Assembly (NCBI GenBank): GCA_965215505.1
Contig: OZ244065.1
Coordinates: 2,720,001 to 2,784,000, forward strand
DNA: 64,000 bases
Reading direction: 5' to 3'
Source: Capsulimonadaceae bacterium
GTDB taxonomy: Bacteria > Armatimonadota > Armatimonadia > Armatimonadales > Capsulimonadaceae
Shown here: one piece after another, positions 55,327 through 64,000 of the stretch
Layout of the letters: every line of letters starts with the position of its first letter
Numbering within the stretch: position 1 is the stretch's first letter
Position numbers and translations under genes: made by a program
Notes under the pieces: model-generated
The model's input: the letters and a program-made list of their open reading frames with translations, nothing else
Told to the model about the DNA's origin: nothing
The model's database searches: none

Positions 55327-55782
55327 ATGCCACACACCTTGCAAGACTACCTCGTGACCGCGACGCACAAGGCGGCGGCGGACCTCGCCACCGCCTTCCT
55401 CCGCCTGCCGGAAGACAGGCGTGGGTGGAGTCCCGAGGGGAAGGGCCGCACCGCGCTCGACCAGGTGGCCGAGTGCGCCGTCCTCAACGGGTACACGGCG
55501 GAGCTGATCCAGACCCGGACGTGGCAGCCCGACTGGTTCGGCACCTTCCCCGCCGCCAAAGCTGAGGCCGCCGCACAGGACTGGGACATGCTCCACGCGC
55601 GGCTCCTGGAGGGCACCGCCCGTGTCGCGGACGCCATCGCCGCCGTCCCCGACGAGGCGCTGGCCGACGAGATCCAGTTGTTCGGGCGGACGATGGGGAT
55701 GGCCGAGATCCTCGCCCGCTCCTATTGGAACATGACCTACCACGAAGGGCAAATCAGCTATGTCGGTTCCTTGCTTCCCTGA
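55327..55782 (+). CDS. DinB family protein
   Basis: W.P..KGRTALDQVAE and NMTYHEGQI.Y motifs. Confidence 0.85.
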   Translation: MPHTLQDYLVTATHKAAADLATAFLRLPEDRRGWSPEGKGRTALDQVAECAVLNGYTAELIQTRTWQPDWFGTFPAAKAEAAAQDWDMLHARLLEGTARVADAIAAVPDEALADEIQLFGRTMGMAEILARSYWNMTYHEGQISYVGSLLP

Positions 55783-55801
55783 GCCTTCAGCGCAGGCGAC
55801 G

Positions 55802-55856
55802 TGTGACATATTTCACACGCGCTTCCGTTGACAACCGAGCAGGCCCGTGATATAAT
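55802..55856 (+). promoter_or_regulatory. CRP-family box plus consensus sigma70 promoter of the csp gene
   Basis: TGTGA-CATATT-TCACA at 55802-55817; TTGACA-N17-TATAAT at 55828-55856. Confidence 0.8.
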
Positions 55857-55945
55857 TTGTCTTGCGAGGGTAATCTTCCCTCGCTTGTCTGAGTACTTCG
55901 GCAGACACTTCCACCAGTTCTCTCAGGAGGCACGAAGGTAAGACC

Positions 55946-56188
55946 ATGTTACACGGGAAAGTCAAATGGTTCAGTGACCTGAAAGGCTACGGCTTTATCG
56001 AGGTCGAAGGGCGGAAGGACGTGTTCGTCCACTTCTCCGCGATCGAACAGGCCGGCTACAAGAGCCTGGCGGAAGGCCAGACCGTCGCCTTCGAGATCGT
56101 GGACGGCGACAAGGGACCCCAGGCGGCGCAGGTGACGCCGGAGCAGGCGGCGGCAGGGCTGCCGACGCGGGAGGCGGTCGCCGCCTGA
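55946..56188 (+). CDS. cold-shock domain protein
   Basis: [21 protein letters not shown] and GPQA motifs. Confidence 0.96.
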   Translation: MLHGKVKWFSDLKGYGFIEVEGRKDVFVHFSAIEQAGYKSLAEGQTVAFEIVDGDKGPQAAQVTPEQAAAGLPTREAVAA

Positions 56189-56308
56189 TCTCCTAACTTT
56201 TTCTTCCTGTCAAGGATGCCCCGGCGTGTGCCTGCCTGTGCTGTTCAGGCGCCCGCCGGGGCGTTTCCCTGAGTCGCCGCCGGGGGCGATTTTCTGCTAT
56301 ACTGTTCT

Positions 56309-56950
56309 ATGCCAACCTCGTCTAAGCCGACCTCGGAAAAACCCGCCCCCGGCCCCATCATCAACCGCGAGGCCGACCGCCGCCTGGGCCGCATCGCGAT
56401 GACCTACGGCCTCCTCGTCTTCGCCCTGCTGGTCCTGACCACGCTCCTCCTCAGCTTCGCCAATGCCGCCACCCAGCCCAGGACGCTGGGGGACCTGATC
56501 CACAACCCGAAGCTCGCCGGGCTGAACCTCCTGAGCATCCTAGTCGTCGTCGTCCCCTTCTACTTCGGCATCCACCGCCTGTTCGCCGCCCGGCTGGAGA
56601 TCGGCCGGGAGCGCGTCCAAGCCCGCGCCTGGCGCGAGGCGGTCGCCGCCCTGGAGCCGTTCGCCTCCCCCATGCAGCGATTCCTGGACGGCACCGGCGA
56701 GGCGCACTATCTGCTGGCGCAAGCGTACACGGGGGCGGGGGATAAAGTGAAGGCCGAGGCCGCCCGCGCCTTCGTCCGCCGCAAAAAGGGAGTCTGGGCC
56801 GAGAAGCTGACGCCGGGCCGCGTCCAGATCACGGCGGGCAAGAACCGGACTGAGAAGAACCGCGCCGCGAAGGGCGCGGGCGTCTACACGGTCCCCGAGC
56901 AGGAAAACCGCCCCCGCCCGCCGAAAGGCAGGCCGAAAAGGCGGTTCTGA
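56309..56950 (+). CDS. membrane protein with TPR-like segment and basic tail
   Basis: two TM helices; EAHYLLAQAY; TGnTATACT-N5-ATG. Confidence 0.78.
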   Translation: MPTSSKPTSEKPAPGPIINREADRRLGRIAMTYGLLVFALLVLTTLLLSFANAATQPRTLGDLIHNPKLAGLNLLSILVVVVPFYFGIHRLFAARLEIGRERVQARAWREAVAALEPFASPMQRFLDGTGEAHYLLAQAYTGAGDKVKAEAARAFVRRKKGVWAEKLTPGRVQITAGKNRTEKNRAAKGAGVYTVPEQENRPRPPKGRPKRRF

Positions 56951-56992
56951 CAAGCCCCGGCAGCCGGAAGTCCGGCAGCAATATCCGAAGCC

Positions 56993-57062
56993 CCGAAGGG
57001 GCGGCCCACCGGCGGAGCCGGGAGTACCCCAATAAAACCCTGGACCGGCCCTTCAGGGCCGG
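56993..57062 (+). repeat. second copy of the 33362-33415 repeat
   Basis: 31-bp identical block plus GACCGGCCCTTCAGGGCCGG. Confidence 0.85.
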
Positions 57063-57116
57063 CTCACAGGCGGGCCTACGCCGCCCAACGCCCCAGCATC
57101 GGGTACACTAACGCTT

Positions 57117-57425
57117 ATGGAAATCACCGAACGCTACACGACCCGCGTGGGGCGGCAGTTCCTCATCCGCCTCTCCTACAACGAGCGAATCCAGGACGCC
57201 GACCCCGGCACGGCCTTCATCAAGTCCGTTGAAGTCACCGACGCCGAGACAAAGGAATCCGTCGCCGTGCCGGCCAGCGCCTCCAAGTTCTCCACCTATG
57301 AGAACTTCACCAACTTCGGCGGCTACACCGCCATCAACTACTTCGGCTCCCGTGAGACCGCCATTGAGGGCCTGCGGACGAAGGTGTTGACGCGCATCGA
57401 GGACCAACTAGAGAGGCTGGGCTAA
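57117..57425 (+). CDS. hypothetical protein
   Basis: strong GC3 codon bias; TACACT-N7-ATG. Confidence 0.78.
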   Translation: MEITERYTTRVGRQFLIRLSYNERIQDADPGTAFIKSVEVTDAETKESVAVPASASKFSTYENFTNFGGYTAINYFGSRETAIEGLRTKVLTRIEDQLERLG

Positions 57426-57430
57426 CGCCG

Positions 57431-57769
57431 ATGCCATCCGAGCAGCAGACCGACAAAGCACCCTCGCTCCAGGCGCAGACGATGGAGCTTGGCCGGACCT
57501 TGAAGGCGATTGCCGACAACGACCCGTCCGGCACGCCCTCCGCCCAAGCCGCCGCCGTCTTCGCCGGCTGGCTAGCCCTGGCCGGGCCGACCAGCCGCGA
57601 GCCGCTTTATCTGGCCGATGTCGCCGACAACTACGACGTCTTCGGCAACACCAACAAGGACCTCTTCGAGCTGTTCGACATCCTGGACAACTACATCGAG
57701 GTGGAGGACGAGGAGCCGGGCGACGCCCCGCCGCGCACCTTCATCAACCTGCCGCTGGTGGCCGGATAA
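57431..57769 (+). CDS. hypothetical acidic protein
   Basis: starts 5 nt after the previous stop; typical codon bias. Confidence 0.72.
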   Translation: MPSEQQTDKAPSLQAQTMELGRTLKAIADNDPSGTPSAQAAAVFAGWLALAGPTSREPLYLADVADNYDVFGNTNKDLFELFDILDNYIEVEDEEPGDAPPRTFINLPLVAG

Positions 57770-57801
57770 TGTCCGCCGAACGGACCCTCTGAGGAGCAGT
57801 C

Positions 57802-59064
57802 TTGGCCTCAATCCCTACCTTTGAACAACGAAAAGTCGTCTCGCTCTTCACCGTCCTCGGCTGGCTCGGCCTGGCCCTCTTGGGCCTGTGGCTGCTCTAC
57901 GCCCTGCGCGACCTGATCCCCCCGTTCCTCGTGGCGACCATCATCGCCATGACGCTCACCCCCGAGGCGGACCGGCTGGAGCGGCAGGGGCTGTTCGGCG
58001 TCCGCTTCCCGCGCGGGGCGGCCATCGGCGTCATCTACTTCCTGTTCCTGGCGATCTTCGCGCTGATGCTCAAGGGCCTCAGCCTGGTCAGCGTTCAAAT
58101 GGTCGAGCTGGTCACCCGCTTCACCCAGCCGTGGCTGTCCGGTACGCCCGCCGAAGTCGCCAAGAGGGCCGGGAGATGGATGACCGACCACCACATCCCC
58201 GTCGCAATGAACGCGCCTGTGCTGAACTACGCGCGGCACATCCCCGAGATTCTGGGCAACGGCCTGACCTGGTTCGGCAACAACCTGCCCGCGCTGGCCG
58301 GCAACCTCGTCTGGGTAGTCATCGTCCCCATCATCACGTTCTTCATCCTGCTCGATTTCAACAAGATATTGGGCAAAACACTGCTGCTGTTCCCCCGCGA
58401 GAAGCGCGAGGGCATCCTGACCACCGTGACCGACATCATCGCCGTGTTCGGCTCCTACGTCCGGGGCGTCCTGACCGTGATGGCGCTCGACATCGTGGTC
58501 ATCTTCGGCGTCCTCTGGGCCTTCGGCCTGCGCGATTATGCGCTGACCCTGGCGATTACGGCGGGCCTGCTGTATACAATCCCCTACTTTGGTGCCCTGG
58601 TTTCGACCATCCTCATCGGCCTGGTCGCACTCGCCACCCACGGGCTTGCCATCGCCGTTGGCCTGGTGCTAGTGATGATCTTCATCCACCAGATCGTCTT
58701 CGATAACATCATCGCCCCGCGCGTCATCGGCGGCAGCGTCAACCTGCACCCGCTCCTGACACTGCTCTCCCTAATGGCCGGCGGCACTCTGTTCGGCATC
58801 GGCGGGACCTTGCTGGCCGTGCCCATCGCCGCCGCCCTCCAGGTGATCCTGATCCGCCTCTTCCCGCAGTTCAAGACCGACGTCCTCGCCGTCCGCCGGG
58901 CCGCCAACATCGTCCAGAAGAGCATCGCCAAGGACAGCGAGGACGCAAAGCCCGAGGCGCGCAAGGACGGCGACGCCCCCGCTCTCCAGCGCGAGCAGGC
59001 CGAGGCCCGCGCCGATGCCCAGGCCACCCAGGTCCTGCCCGTCGGCGACCCGGCGAAGAACTAG
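57802..59064 (+). CDS. AI-2E (PerM) family transporter
   Basis: multiple TM helices; IPYFGA, P.VIG.SVNLHP and FGI.G.LLAVP motifs. Confidence 0.92.
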   Translation: MASIPTFEQRKVVSLFTVLGWLGLALLGLWLLYALRDLIPPFLVATIIAMTLTPEADRLERQGLFGVRFPRGAAIGVIYFLFLAIFALMLKGLSLVSVQMVELVTRFTQPWLSGTPAEVAKRAGRWMTDHHIPVAMNAPVLNYARHIPEILGNGLTWFGNNLPALAGNLVWVVIVPIITFFILLDFNKILGKTLLLFPREKREGILTTVTDIIAVFGSYVRGVLTVMALDIVVIFGVLWAFGLRDYALTLAITAGLLYTIPYFGALVSTILIGLVALATHGLAIAVGLVLVMIFIHQIVFDNIIAPRVIGGSVNLHPLLTLLSLMAGGTLFGIGGTLLAVPIAAALQVILIRLFPQFKTDVLAVRRAANIVQKSIAKDSEDAKPEARKDGDAPALQREQAEARADAQATQVLPVGDPAKN

Positions 59065-59070
59065 ACGCCG

Positions 59071-59097
59071 AAAAGGGCGGGTTTCCCCCGCCCTCCC
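59071..59097. terminator. terminator between convergent genes
   Basis: AAAAGGGCGGG-TTTCC-CCCGCCCT. Confidence 0.65.
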
Positions 59098-59109
59098 CTT
59101 TCCTCGCTC

Positions 59110-59277
59110 TCAGGCCTGCTTCCCCCGCGCCCGGCACCCGTCACTGCAATAGACTACCTGCTCCCAATCCCGTGCCCACTTCTTGCGCCAGGTGAACGGC
59201 CGGCCGCACGCTGGGCAGGTCTTCGTCGGCAGCCCGTGCGGGTTGCGGAACCCCTCCCCTTTCGTCTTCTTCACCAC
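59110..59277 (-). CDS. DUF2256 zinc-ribbon small protein, 55 aa (absent from ORF track)
   Basis: [43 protein letters not shown]. Confidence 0.9.
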   Translation of the reverse strand: MVKKTKGEGFRNPHGLPTKTCPACGRPFTWRKKWARDWEQVVYCSDGCRARGKQA

Positions 59278-59300
59278 GCCTCCCCCTACATCGGCTTTTC

Positions 59301-59531
59301 CTACATCGGTTCGCCCGTCGGCGACAGGTGTGACGAGATCTCCGAGGCGTGGGCCGTCGAAACCCAGAGCTGCGGGTCCTCGTCGAAGACCTGCTTGCTG
59401 GTCACGTCCGAGAAGTGATACGTCTTCCCGTCATAAAAGCTGCTGTAGCGCGGCCCGCCCCGGTCCGGGTCCACTTCCAGGTGCGAAACCGGGTCGGTCC
59501 ACACGTCATGCTCCGGTCTATTGTCTGCCAT
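59301..59531 (-). CDS. YHS-domain small protein lacking cysteines
   Basis: [20 protein letters not shown]...[21 protein letters not shown]. Confidence 0.82.
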   Translation of the reverse strand: MADNRPEHDVWTDPVSHLEVDPDRGGPRYSSFYDGKTYHFSDVTSKQVFDEDPQLWVSTAHASEISSHLSPTGEPM

Positions 59532-59597
59532 AGTGGTACTCCTTTGCCAAGAGTATGCCCCGTCCCCGTGCGTGTAAATCCATTTGAGTCCTTGAAG

Positions 59598-59662
59598 ATG
59601 ACAGAACTGACGACTGTGGTATAATCGGTTGACAAACTTGACAAAGGTACACCATGACAACG
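59598..59662 (+). promoter_or_regulatory. TA promoter with tandem TGAC(A) direct repeats
   Basis: ATGACAGAA CTGACGACT - TATAAT - TTGACAAAC TTGACAAAG - ATGACAACG. Confidence 0.6.
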
Positions 59663-60289
59663 ACACTGGACTTCCGACTTTCGCTCCCGCCCGCACAGGG
59701 GCAGGAAGAACAGGCGCTCCACCGCTCCGTTCTTGCCTCGACCGTCCACATCTTGCAGCACGTCTTCGAGCAGGCGACGCCGGACGACCTTCGGGCCGCC
59801 GACCGAGTCCTTTCGCGCATCACGCCGCCCGCCGATGAGTCGGAGCAGAGGTCGCCGGTCCAGCGACTTACGGGCGGACGCACATACAGCCCTCTGGAAC
59901 AGATCGCCCTGGAAGCGGCTAATTTGCAGCGCCTGTTCGACACGCGCCGCGCCTTCCTCAGCGGGGCCTTATCGGCCTCGGAAGCGGCCCGCCTTCTCAG
60001 AGTTTCGCGCCAGACGGTCTACGAGCGGGCGCGGAAGGGGGAACTGCTGGCGGTCGAGGCAGGGGGGGCGCGGCGGTTCCCGGCCTGGCAATTCGACCCC
60101 GAAGGCCCCGGCGGAGTCGTGGCCGGGATGCCCGACGTGCTGCGCGCGCTGCCGGCCTCGCCTTATGCCAGAGCCTTGTGGCTTGTGCGCCCTAACTCCA
60201 CGTTCGAGGGCCGGACGCCGCTGGAAACGCTGAGGGCTGGGGAACGGGAGCGCGTGCTGGAAGCAGCCGCAGCCGTCGGGGCGGTTTGA
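59654..60289 (+). CDS. HTH antitoxin (Xre/MbcA/ParS-like)
   Basis: LSASEAARLLRVSRQTV HTH; FPAWQF; WL..PN..FEGRTPL..L. Confidence 0.87.
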   Translation: MTTTLDFRLSLPPAQGQEEQALHRSVLASTVHILQHVFEQATPDDLRAADRVLSRITPPADESEQRSPVQRLTGGRTYSPLEQIALEAANLQRLFDTRRAFLSGALSASEAARLLRVSRQTVYERARKGELLAVEAGGARRFPAWQFDPEGPGGVVAGMPDVLRALPASPYARALWLVRPNSTFEGRTPLETLRAGERERVLEAAAAVGAV

Positions 60290-60290
60290 C

Positions 60291-60932
60291 TTGGTCCTCA
60301 TCGCCCCGCCCCCGCCGCTGCGCCCGCCCGTCCCGCTCTTCCAAGACCTCCCCGCCGGCACGAGCCTGGTCCGCCTCTTCCTGCCGGCCCCGCACCACAC
60401 CGGGCCGCTCACCTTCCGCGCCTTCGGCCCGCTCCGGCGCTTCGACCACCACGAGGGCATCCCGCGCGGCCGGGGCCGTCAGGCGGCCCTCTCCCCCATC
60501 CGCCGCGTCTACTATGCCGCGCCCACGCTGTCCTGCTGCATCGCCGAGGTCTTCGGCGACACCGGCCTGGTCGAGCCGGGCGAGTGGCACGTCGCCCTCC
60601 CGCTCCTGACCCGCCCCCTGCACCTCCTGGACCTTCGCGGGCCGGGTGCCCTGCGCGCCGGGTCGGTCACGGCGCTGACCCAAATGCCCGACCACCGGCT
60701 GGGCCAAGCCTGGTCCCGCCACTTCTACGCCGACACCGCCTACGGCCTCCCCGACGGCCTCCTCTACGCGGGCGCGCACAACGGCGAAGATGCCATCCTC
60801 CTCTACGAGCGCGCCGAAGCCGCCCTCTCCTGCGCCCCCGGCGACGTACTCCGCCTGGACGACCCCGCCCTGCGCCCCGCACTCCTGGACATCGCGCTGG
60901 CTAATAACCTCATCCTCGCCCTGCCGCCCTGA
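60291..60932 (+). CDS. RES-domain toxin
   Basis: GPLRRFDHH, YYAA, AEVFG, LLDL, DGLLY and LYERA motifs. Confidence 0.87.
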   Translation: MVLIAPPPPLRPPVPLFQDLPAGTSLVRLFLPAPHHTGPLTFRAFGPLRRFDHHEGIPRGRGRQAALSPIRRVYYAAPTLSCCIAEVFGDTGLVEPGEWHVALPLLTRPLHLLDLRGPGALRAGSVTALTQMPDHRLGQAWSRHFYADTAYGLPDGLLYAGAHNGEDAILLYERAEAALSCAPGDVLRLDDPALRPALLDIALANNLILALPP

Positions 60933-60963
60933 TGCACCGGAATACGGCTGAACCCGCGAGCGC

Positions 60964-60992
60964 TTGACAGAACGGCCCCCGCCCGCTACAAT
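60964..60992 (+). promoter_or_regulatory. sigma70 promoter, probably leaderless
   Basis: TTGACA-N17-TACAAT-N7-ATG. Confidence 0.8.
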
Positions 60993-60999
60993 CAGAAGC

Positions 61000-61677
61000 A
61001 TGAACACCCGTTTTGGAACCGCCGCCATCATGATGCTGGTTCTCGCCTCAGCCTTCACCGGCTGTGCCGCCCAGCACGCTCCAAGTGCCAGCCGGGTGAA
61101 ACAGCAGCAAACGCCGCTGGCGATTACAAACGTTGAGAACGGGCGGAAATACTCTGGCGCCTTGCCGCTCCAGGTGCGTCTGGCAAGCAACCGTCACGAG
61201 TATGGTGACATCAAGCTGCTAATTGACGGGGCTGAGGTCGGCGAGGCCGGAGACAATATACAGCCGTCAGCAGACGGCTTTACGACCATAATCCCAGTCG
61301 AAACCGACACCTACTCGAATGGCTGGCATGACATGACGGTGCAGTCAGATGACCAGCCGCAGACCCGATACCGTGTGAAGTTCTGGAACAACGTTTCGGA
61401 GTTTAGCATAACGGATGCGGTCGCCGCCCCCGGCGGGCGCATCCGCGCGAAGAGCGTTACGGGTGGACCCTGGACAGTAAAACTCTGGGCGGTACTTGCA
61501 GCGACGGACACACATGACCCATTAGTTCGAGTTTTTCGTGGGCAAGGCAAAACAATCGACGTCCTCTGGGACTGTAAGGACTCCCAGGGGAAGACTGTTC
61601 CCGAGGACGGTTATGCAATAACCCTGGTGACGGGGAAGACACCGCCCTTGAGGTCATTCATCAACAAGATGTACTAG
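61000..61677 (+). CDS. lipoprotein with Ig-like and FlgD-Ig-like domains
   Basis: lipobox AFTGC; NGWH and WDCKDSQGKTVP.DGY motifs; AT-richer than flanks. Confidence 0.72.
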   Translation: MNTRFGTAAIMMLVLASAFTGCAAQHAPSASRVKQQQTPLAITNVENGRKYSGALPLQVRLASNRHEYGDIKLLIDGAEVGEAGDNIQPSADGFTTIIPVETDTYSNGWHDMTVQSDDQPQTRYRVKFWNNVSEFSITDAVAAPGGRIRAKSVTGGPWTVKLWAVLAATDTHDPLVRVFRGQGKTIDVLWDCKDSQGKTVPEDGYAITLVTGKTPPLRSFINKMY

Positions 61678-61872
61678 AGGCTGCTCTCGCCAGTCGTCCT
61701 GGGGCCGGCCTGGTTCTTCGGAAGTGGAAGCATCTGAGGCAGAGAGTTCGCTCGCAGGCACAGGCTCGATGACGAGTAAAACCTCCACGTCAGTGTCCGA
61801 TAGCGGCGTCGGCACTTTTACCCTGAGAACCCTACCCAGGCCCATGTAAGCCTTCGTCTTAATACTGATTAT
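61654..61872 (-). pseudogene. decayed orphan antitoxin-like gene
   Basis: ISIKTKAYMG..RVLRVKVPT.LSDTDVEVLLVIEPV; ATA where a coupled ATG is expected; no toxin follows. Confidence 0.5.
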
Positions 61873-62864
61873 GCCGTGGCCTCCCGGTTCTCATACAGCA
61901 GGCACCGCACCGTCCGCCCGTTCTCCAGCAGTGTGTTCGCCGGAACCACCGTCGGGCACGGCTCGAAGCGCTTGGGGCAGCGGGGGGCGAAGGGGCAGCC
62001 GGGCGGGATCGCCGTCAGCGGGGGCGGCTGGCCTGGCAGGGTCGGCAGCGGGGCCTCCGTCCGGGGCCGCCGCCAGTCCGGCAGAGAAGCAAGAAGCGAC
62101 TGCGTGTAGGGGTGCTTGGGGGAGGTGAACAGGTCGGAGGCCGCCGCGTACTCGACGATCTGGCCCGCGTACATGACCGCCACGTCGTCGCAGCGTTCGC
62201 GGACGACGCCCAGGTCGTGCGTGATCAGGACGATGGCCGTGCCGAGTTCGGCCTTCAGTTCGTCCATCAGATCCAAGATCTGCGCCTGCACCGTAACATC
62301 AAGGGCGGTCGTCGGCTCGTCGGCCAGCAGGACCTCGGGGCGGCAGGAGAAGGCGATGGCGATCATGACGCGCTGCCGCATCCCCCCCGAAAGCTCGTGC
62401 GGGTACTGACGCATCCTCCGGTCCGGCAGGGCGACCCGGACGCGCGTCAGCCAGTCCAACGCCTGCGCCCGCGCCTCGGCCCGCGACACCTTCTGGTGGG
62501 CCAGTATCGTCTCGACGATCTGCTCGCCGACGGTCAGGGTCGGGTTCAGGGCGGTCATCGGGTCCTGGAAGACCATCGCGATCCGCGCCCCGCGCACGTC
62601 CCGCATTTGCCGCTCCCCCAGCCCCAGCAGGTCCGCGCCGTCCAGGCTGATCCGGCCCGCGACGATCCGGCCCGGCGCGGCGATCAGGCGCAGGATCGAG
62701 AGGGCGGTCACGCTTTTGCCCGACCCGCTCTCCCCCACGATGCCCAACGTCTCGCCCTTGCGGACGGCGAACGAGACGCCGCGCACGGCCCGCGCGACCG
62801 GCCCGCGCCCCTCCCGCCCGAACACGGTTTCGAGGTCGTCTACTTGCAATAGTGCATCAGGCAT
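61869..62864 (-). CDS. oligopeptide/dipeptide ABC transporter ATP-binding subunit (OppD/DppD)
   Basis: GESGSGKS, LSGGMRQR, ADEPTTALD, HPYT and GCPFAPRC motifs. Confidence 0.96.
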   Translation of the reverse strand: MPDALLQVDDLETVFGREGRGPVARAVRGVSFAVRKGETLGIVGESGSGKSVTALSILRLIAAPGRIVAGRISLDGADLLGLGERQMRDVRGARIAMVFQDPMTALNPTLTVGEQIVETILAHQKVSRAEARAQALDWLTRVRVALPDRRMRQYPHELSGGMRQRVMIAIAFSCRPEVLLADEPTTALDVTVQAQILDLMDELKAELGTAIVLITHDLGVVRERCDDVAVMYAGQIVEYAAASDLFTSPKHPYTQSLLASLPDWRRPRTEAPLPTLPGQPPPLTAIPPGCPFAPRCPKRFEPCPTVVPANTLLENGRTVRCLLYENREATA

Positions 62865-63717
62865 GACTTTCCACCTTATCTCCCCGTTCTCCCAGCACCG
62901 GTCCGCCCAACACCGGTCCGCCTAACACGGCGTCGTCACAGCGGCAGGGCGAGACACCGCAGTGCGTAATCGCTGGATCGCGCCGGATGGCCTCCGAAGC
63001 GACTTCGAGGGCGTCCGCCGCCGGGAACACCTGCCAGCGGCTGTCACCGACACGCGCCTCCCGCCTCAGCGGGGAGAGCGGAGCCTCCAGAGTGTGGAAG
63101 CCGTCGGAGCATCCGCCGGTTTCTACCATCACGACCTGCCCCTCCGGGCCGTTCGCCCAGCGCCGGAACAGGACGCGCCCTGCCCGCTGCTCCGCGAGGT
63201 GGAGCAGGGTCATCGCTTCCAGGCCGACGCCCATGAGCAGCACAAAGCCATCCCTCTCGGCCAGCGCCCGGAGTGGGGCGTTTACGTCCAGCGGTGCCTG
63301 CCCCGCGATTAACTCGTGGGCCAGAGGCCCGATTGCCGCGAAGGAGCAGAGCGGGTGGTCGCCGCGAACGCGCTCCGGCATCCGCAGGACGGCGGCGGGG
63401 ATGGCCCCCATGTCCTCCTCGGCGACCTCCGTCATGTCGCGGGAGTAGAGGACGCTCGTGTCCTCCTCCGGGGCCACAGAGGAGTAGTTCCGCCCGTTGC
63501 GGGCGGGGCGCAGGTGGGGCGGCGGGGAGACCTCGAATTCGGTGAACGTCGGGACGAGCAGGGTACACCCCTCCGCCAAGATAGCGTCCACGACGGCCTG
63601 CGCCTCGCCCTCGACCCAGCCGAACGAGCGCAGCGACGAGTGGACGCAGAAGCACTGCCCCGACAAGCCGAGAGAGCGCAGGGCGTGTTGAATATCGGCG
63701 CTTATCACGGATGTCAC
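62857..63717 (-). CDS. AAC(3)/YokD family N-acetyltransferase
   Basis: VHSSLRSFG.VEG, VPTFT, MGAIP, HPL.SFAA.G and TLLHLAE motifs. Confidence 0.88.
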   Translation of the reverse strand: MTSVISADIQHALRSLGLSGQCFCVHSSLRSFGWVEGEAQAVVDAILAEGCTLLVPTFTEFEVSPPPHLRPARNGRNYSSVAPEEDTSVLYSRDMTEVAEEDMGAIPAAVLRMPERVRGDHPLCSFAAIGPLAHELIAGQAPLDVNAPLRALAERDGFVLLMGVGLEAMTLLHLAEQRAGRVLFRRWANGPEGQVVMVETGGCSDGFHTLEAPLSPLRREARVGDSRWQVFPAADALEVASEAIRRDPAITHCGVSPCRCDDAVLGGPVLGGPVLGERGDKVESHA

Positions 63718-64000
63718 AGCTCTAACGGCTTTCGGTAGCGGAAGTGGCGCGCGATCACACGGAACCCGAAGTGCAGGTACATCGCCAGCGGGCCGGACGG
63801 CGGCTCGTCCGGGTCTGTTCCCGCCGACGTGAAGACGCGCACCGTGGTCAGGCCCGCATCCCGCATGGCATGGAGGCAGTGGAACATCAAAGCCCGTGAC
63901 AGCCCCTTCTGGCGGTAGGCGGGGACGACGGCGACATTGGCGACATCGCCGCAGACGCCCAGGCTCCGGCACAGGTACAATCCAGCCACTTCGCCGCCAT
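63714..64000 (-). CDS. GNAT acetyltransferase, 3' part only
   Basis: VAVVPAYRQKGLSRAL and AMYLHFGF motifs; GTGA overlap with the AAC(3) gene. Confidence 0.82.
   Translation of the reverse strand, partial: GGEVAGLYLCRSLGVCGDVANVAVVPAYRQKGLSRALMFHCLHAMRDAGLTTVRVFTSAGTDPDEPPSGPLAMYLHFGFRVIARHFRYRKPLEL

Overview
GC-rich bacterial chromosome segment with about 70 CDSs and no rRNA, tRNA, CRISPR array, integrase or transposase that I can recognise. Gene content (stand-alone LuxR/GerE protein, csaB plus a DUF5693-like gene, many secreted proteins with lineage-style repeats) suggests a diderm Terrabacterium, most likely Armatimonadota; this is an inference. Housekeeping genes (surE, aspartokinase, Dus, csaB, aldehyde dehydrogenase, cold-shock protein, oppD-like ATPase) alternate with secreted hydrolases (GH59, GH9, GH43, S53 protease). 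There are three complete toxin-antitoxin modules (MNT-HEPN, antitoxin-PIN, Xre/MbcA-RES) and one decayed antitoxin, expanded paralogue families, and dense REP/REPIN-like palindromes. The most interesting locus is 48.0-52.4 kb. A GAF-LuxR regulator and a palindromic operator precede a signal-peptide-bearing, tail-fibre-like protein with an AT-richer central segment and an intramolecular-chaperone-like C-terminus. Two secreted peptidoglycan-hydrolase-like proteins follow (M23 and GH73-like), sharing a 71-aa C-terminal module. All family names come from motif recognition by eye; no database searches were run.
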